Source of the DNA: Candidatus Latescibacterota bacterium
GTDB taxonomy: Bacteria > Latescibacterota > UBA2968 > GCA-2709665
Reading direction: 5' to 3'
DNA: 64,000 nt
Assembly (NCBI GenBank): GCA_965219455.1
Contig: OZ244744.1
Span: 1 to 64,000 of the forward strand
The notes under the pieces are model-generated. The model had not been told where the DNA came from. It saw only the letters and a program-made list of their open reading frames with translations, and ran no database searches. Of this stretch, positions 60,948 through 64,000 are shown one piece after another (the stretch's first letter is position 1; each line of letters begins with the position of its first letter). A program made the translations under genes and the position numbers.

Positions 60948-62829
60948 CCTTAAACAAGCGTGACCAGTGAAATTTTTCTGGTCCAAGAGACCGGAAAGGC
61001 CTACCGTTGTTGGAGATAGATGGATTGTGCTAGAAATCATCACTCCAACGCAGGAGACCTTTCCGGTGAAAAGAATATCGGTTGATGACAGCCGCAGGAA
61101 CCGTGCTCGTCGCAAACGCAAAGTGGCCGCCCGCCACGGTCGAGCGGGGCATTGGCAGGCCCAGCGCCGGCCCATGTTCAGTCCTGGCAAAGTGCACTAC
61201 GAGGTAGGCGCCTACACCGACGCGATGAGTTACGGAGGCATCGGCGCCGTGCATCGCCTGGTCACCAAGCTGGGTCTGCCCAAGCGCATCGACGCGTCAC
61301 TGTCCTTGTTGAAGGTGCATCTGCCCTATCATGAGTCGGACCACGTACTAAACATCACATACAACGTGTTATGCGGCGGCACGCGCCTGGAGGATATCGA
61401 GCGTTTGCGAAGTGACGGGGCCTACATGAATGCCCTGGGCGCCAAGTTGATTCCCGATCCGACCACGGCGGGTGACTTTTGCCGACGCTTCTCGGAACGG
61501 GACATCGTCGAACTGATGGCGTGCATCAACGCGGTGCGATCCTCCTTGTGGGCATCGCGTGGCCGCAAATTGCTTGGTGACATCACCTATATCGATGTGG
61601 ACGGCACAAACGTGCCCACGTATGGCAAGCGCAAGAGGGGTATGGACATCTCTTACCAGGGCATCTGGGGCTACCATCCGCTGGTGATCTCACTTTCCAA
61701 CACGAAGGAAGTGCTCTTCCTGGTCAACCGACCGGGGAATGTGCCCAGCCACACCGGTGCGGCACAGTGGATCGACGCGGCCATCGACCTGGTGCAGCCC
61801 CACGCCAAGCGCATCTGTGTGCGTGGCGACACCGACTTTTTCTTGACTCGACATCTTGATCGCTGGGCCAAAAGCGTCGACTTCATCTTCGGGATGGACG
61901 CCAACGCGGCGATGCGTTCCCGTGCCGAGGCCCTCGACGAGGCACAATGGCAGCCCCTGCAACGCAAACCCCGTTATCACACCGTGACCGACCAGAAGCG
62001 GAAGCGCAATCAGCCCCACGAGAAACAGCGCATCGTCCACAAGCGGGCCTACGCCAACCTGGTGCTGAACCACGAACACGTGGCCGAGTTCAACTACCAA
62101 CCCACGCGCTGTAAACGTGGGTATCGCGTCGTGGTCCTGCGCAAGAACATCAGCAAAATGAAGGGCGACCTTGTCCTGTTCGACGAATGCCGTTATTTCT
62201 TCTATATCACGACACGCACGGACGTGACCCCCCAAGAGATCGTCGCCTGCGCCAACCAACGCTGCGATCAGGAGAACGTCATCGAGCAACTCAAAAACGG
62301 CGTCAACGCCTTGCGCGTGCCCCTGTATGACCTGGTCAGCAACTGGGCCTATATGGTCATCGCCGCCCTGGCCTGGAACCTCAAATCCTGGTTTGCCATG
62401 ATGATGCACAGACACCGTGATCGACAGCAGTACGTCTGCATGGAATTCCGGCGCTTCATCCACAGCATTATCTTGATTCCCTGCCACGTCATCCAACGCG
62501 CGCGCACCACCACGTTACGGCTCATCGGCTATCAACCCACCCTCGATCGCCTCTTCAGCACCTGGCGTATCATTGAACGCACCGGATTTGGATAACACCA
62601 ATGCAGCACCACCGATGACACACAAACGCGGCGCCATCCCCACACCCCTCAACGGACCGGTGTGTCCACCACGCGTCTCAACGCCACTTCGGATACTCAA
62701 TTTACCATAGCGACCACGACAAACACGGCCCTAAAAACCATCCAAAACGCCAATTCCATATAAATCGACACCAACGCCTCAACACAAACACAAATCACTG
62801 TGGCGCACACGATACTCGCTTATTTTAGG
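60948..62829 (+). mobile_element. IS1380-family insertion sequence
   Basis: Ends CCTTAAACAAGCG / CGCTTATTTTAGG, each flanked by ACTAGT. Confidence 0.9.
60967..62595 (+). CDS. IS1380-family transposase (true start probably further in, e.g. GTG at 61066)
   Basis: PYHESDHVLN, PDPTTAGDFCRRF, IDVDGT, GYHPL, VRGDTDF, NQRCDQENVIEQLK, NWAYM. Confidence 0.93.
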   Translation: MKFFWSKRPERPTVVGDRWIVLEIITPTQETFPVKRISVDDSRRNRARRKRKVAARHGRAGHWQAQRRPMFSPGKVHYEVGAYTDAMSYGGIGAVHRLVTKLGLPKRIDASLSLLKVHLPYHESDHVLNITYNVLCGGTRLEDIERLRSDGAYMNALGAKLIPDPTTAGDFCRRFSERDIVELMACINAVRSSLWASRGRKLLGDITYIDVDGTNVPTYGKRKRGMDISYQGIWGYHPLVISLSNTKEVLFLVNRPGNVPSHTGAAQWIDAAIDLVQPHAKRICVRGDTDFFLTRHLDRWAKSVDFIFGMDANAAMRSRAEALDEAQWQPLQRKPRYHTVTDQKRKRNQPHEKQRIVHKRAYANLVLNHEHVAEFNYQPTRCKRGYRVVVLRKNISKMKGDLVLFDECRYFFYITTRTDVTPQEIVACANQRCDQENVIEQLKNGVNALRVPLYDLVSNWAYMVIAALAWNLKSWFAMMMHRHRDRQQYVCMEFRRFIHSIILIPCHVIQRARTTTLRLIGYQPTLDRLFSTWRIIERTGFG

Positions 62830-62873
62830 ACTAGTTCGTCCTCGAAGGGCATGTGCTAAACGTACCATCGCAC

Positions 62874-63485
62874 AGACGGGAGATTCTTCGCTGCGCTCAG
62901 AATGACATGCTTTGCGACAACCGTTGTCGAAATGTATCCGTCACACGTTGGCTCATACTGTCATCCGGAGGAGGCCCTGTCTGCCGTGCCCGGCACAGGC
63001 AGGCGCCAGGCCGACGAAGGATCTACTGCGGCATGGGATCATCCCCGTGCGTCTGACATTCGGTCCGAACTGAAATGCGGCACAACTGCTCCCGCTTCGA
63101 CTGCGATGAGAGTGATATCAATGCCAATAGCCACTGCCGAAATGCATTGGTCACTGTTTGGCCCATCCTGTCCTGCTAACGAAGCCAAAGGGCCGACGAT
63201 GTCTCCGCGCAAATGTGTTTACCGCGTTTTTGCGTTAAGGACAATCGAATAGACGGGGGATTCTTCGACTACGCTCAGAATGACATGTTTAGCATTCGAC
63301 ACCCGCGAAACACGTCGATCATCCCTGCGCCTGAACTGTCATCCTGAGGAAGCCCTGTCTGCCGTGCCCGGCACAGGCAGGCGCCAGGCTGACGAAGGAT
63401 CTCCTGCGGCATGAGATTATGACCGAGCGTCGGCATTCGGTCAGAATTGAAATGCAGCACAACCACTCCCGCTTCGGCTTCGCAT
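62874..63485. repeat. Two tandem ~230-bp composite MITE/REP units (~62874..63105, ~63251..63485)
   Basis: Each has GATTCTTCG..CTCAGAATGACA, an inverted TGTCATCC..GAAGGATCT arm and a shared tail (CATTCGGTC..TGAAATGC.GCACAAC..CTCCCGCTTCG). Confidence 0.85.
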
Positions 63486-63689
63486 TGTATCTATTAATAA
63501 TTTAATATACAGAATCTTCATTGCCTGTTCAATTAAAAAATTAATATTTCATCAAGCGATTGCGAATTGGCGATACACAAGAGGGTTCGCAACCGACTTG
63601 TGGATCAGCTAATCTGAAATGACACTGACCAAAAAAGGGGTGCGCTCAGCTGTCCGGCCGGAGGCGTTCGTCGACGCAGGCCAGTCGAT

Positions 63690-64000
63690 TTATTTTTCAG
63701 GCCTGAAAACCGTTTTCATGGCCGTTGCAGGGGTCGTATGGTAGTTCCACCCGCGCAACACCAGATTTTCACTGTACTGGTAGACGTCCTCCTTTTCGTC
63801 TCTTCCGGAAAACATCCGCGCAATCACCACCTTCCGTGGCGATTCGGAGCGGTTGGACGGCGACCCATGCACGATGAAGGTATCGAAGAAGGTAACGTCG
63901 CCCGGCCGGGCTTCAATCGCTGTGGAACCTTCAAACGGGAACTGCTCGTAGAACGCGGCATTAGTGGCGGTCGAGCCTTCCACCCGACCTTTTCTGTGCG
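63690..64000 (-). CDS. C-terminal part of a PhyH-family dioxygenase (gene runs off the window)
   Basis: EARPGDVTFFDTFIVHGSPSNRSESPR. Confidence 0.8.
   Translation of the reverse strand, partial: HRKGRVEGSTATNAAFYEQFPFEGSTAIEARPGDVTFFDTFIVHGSPSNRSESPRKVVIARMFSGRDEKEDVYQYSENLVLRGWNYHTTPATAMKTVFRPEK

Overview
GC-rich bacterial chromosomal segment. A Gemmatimonadota/Latescibacterota-like (FCB-related), possibly sponge-associated origin is my inference from the secreted WD40/Ig/dockerin-like protein, PhyH-HEAT fusion, NHL protein and TldD-like pair; it cannot be proven from the sequence. The first ~9 kb is an accessory, decaying region: a duplicated 3' fragment of a gamma-glutamyltransferase gene, an inverted-repeat-bounded cassette, broken leishmanolysin-like and FGE-sulfatase fragments, a multidomain metzincin, MarR and a vapC-phd pair. 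The rest is mostly housekeeping and catabolic genes: ggt-like, M20 amidohydrolase, orphan mraY, metG, hrcA-grpE-dnaJ, glnA, guaA, dapL, a MaoC/CitE/CoA-transferase trio, an MFS-Gfo-deacetylase cluster, a BamA/TamA-like operon, mazEF and secreted TldD-like genes. It also holds an IS630, an IS1380 and several families of REP/MITE-like palindromic repeats. The strongest candidate for a new element is a complete ribosome-mediated methionine attenuator (sigma70 promoter, 52-aa leader peptide with M-R-M-M, antiterminator, intrinsic terminator) in front of a motif-divergent methionyl-tRNA synthetase. Second is a ~180-nt structured leader upstream of hrcA that lacks a CIRCE box. All family assignments come from motif recognition by eye; no searches were run.
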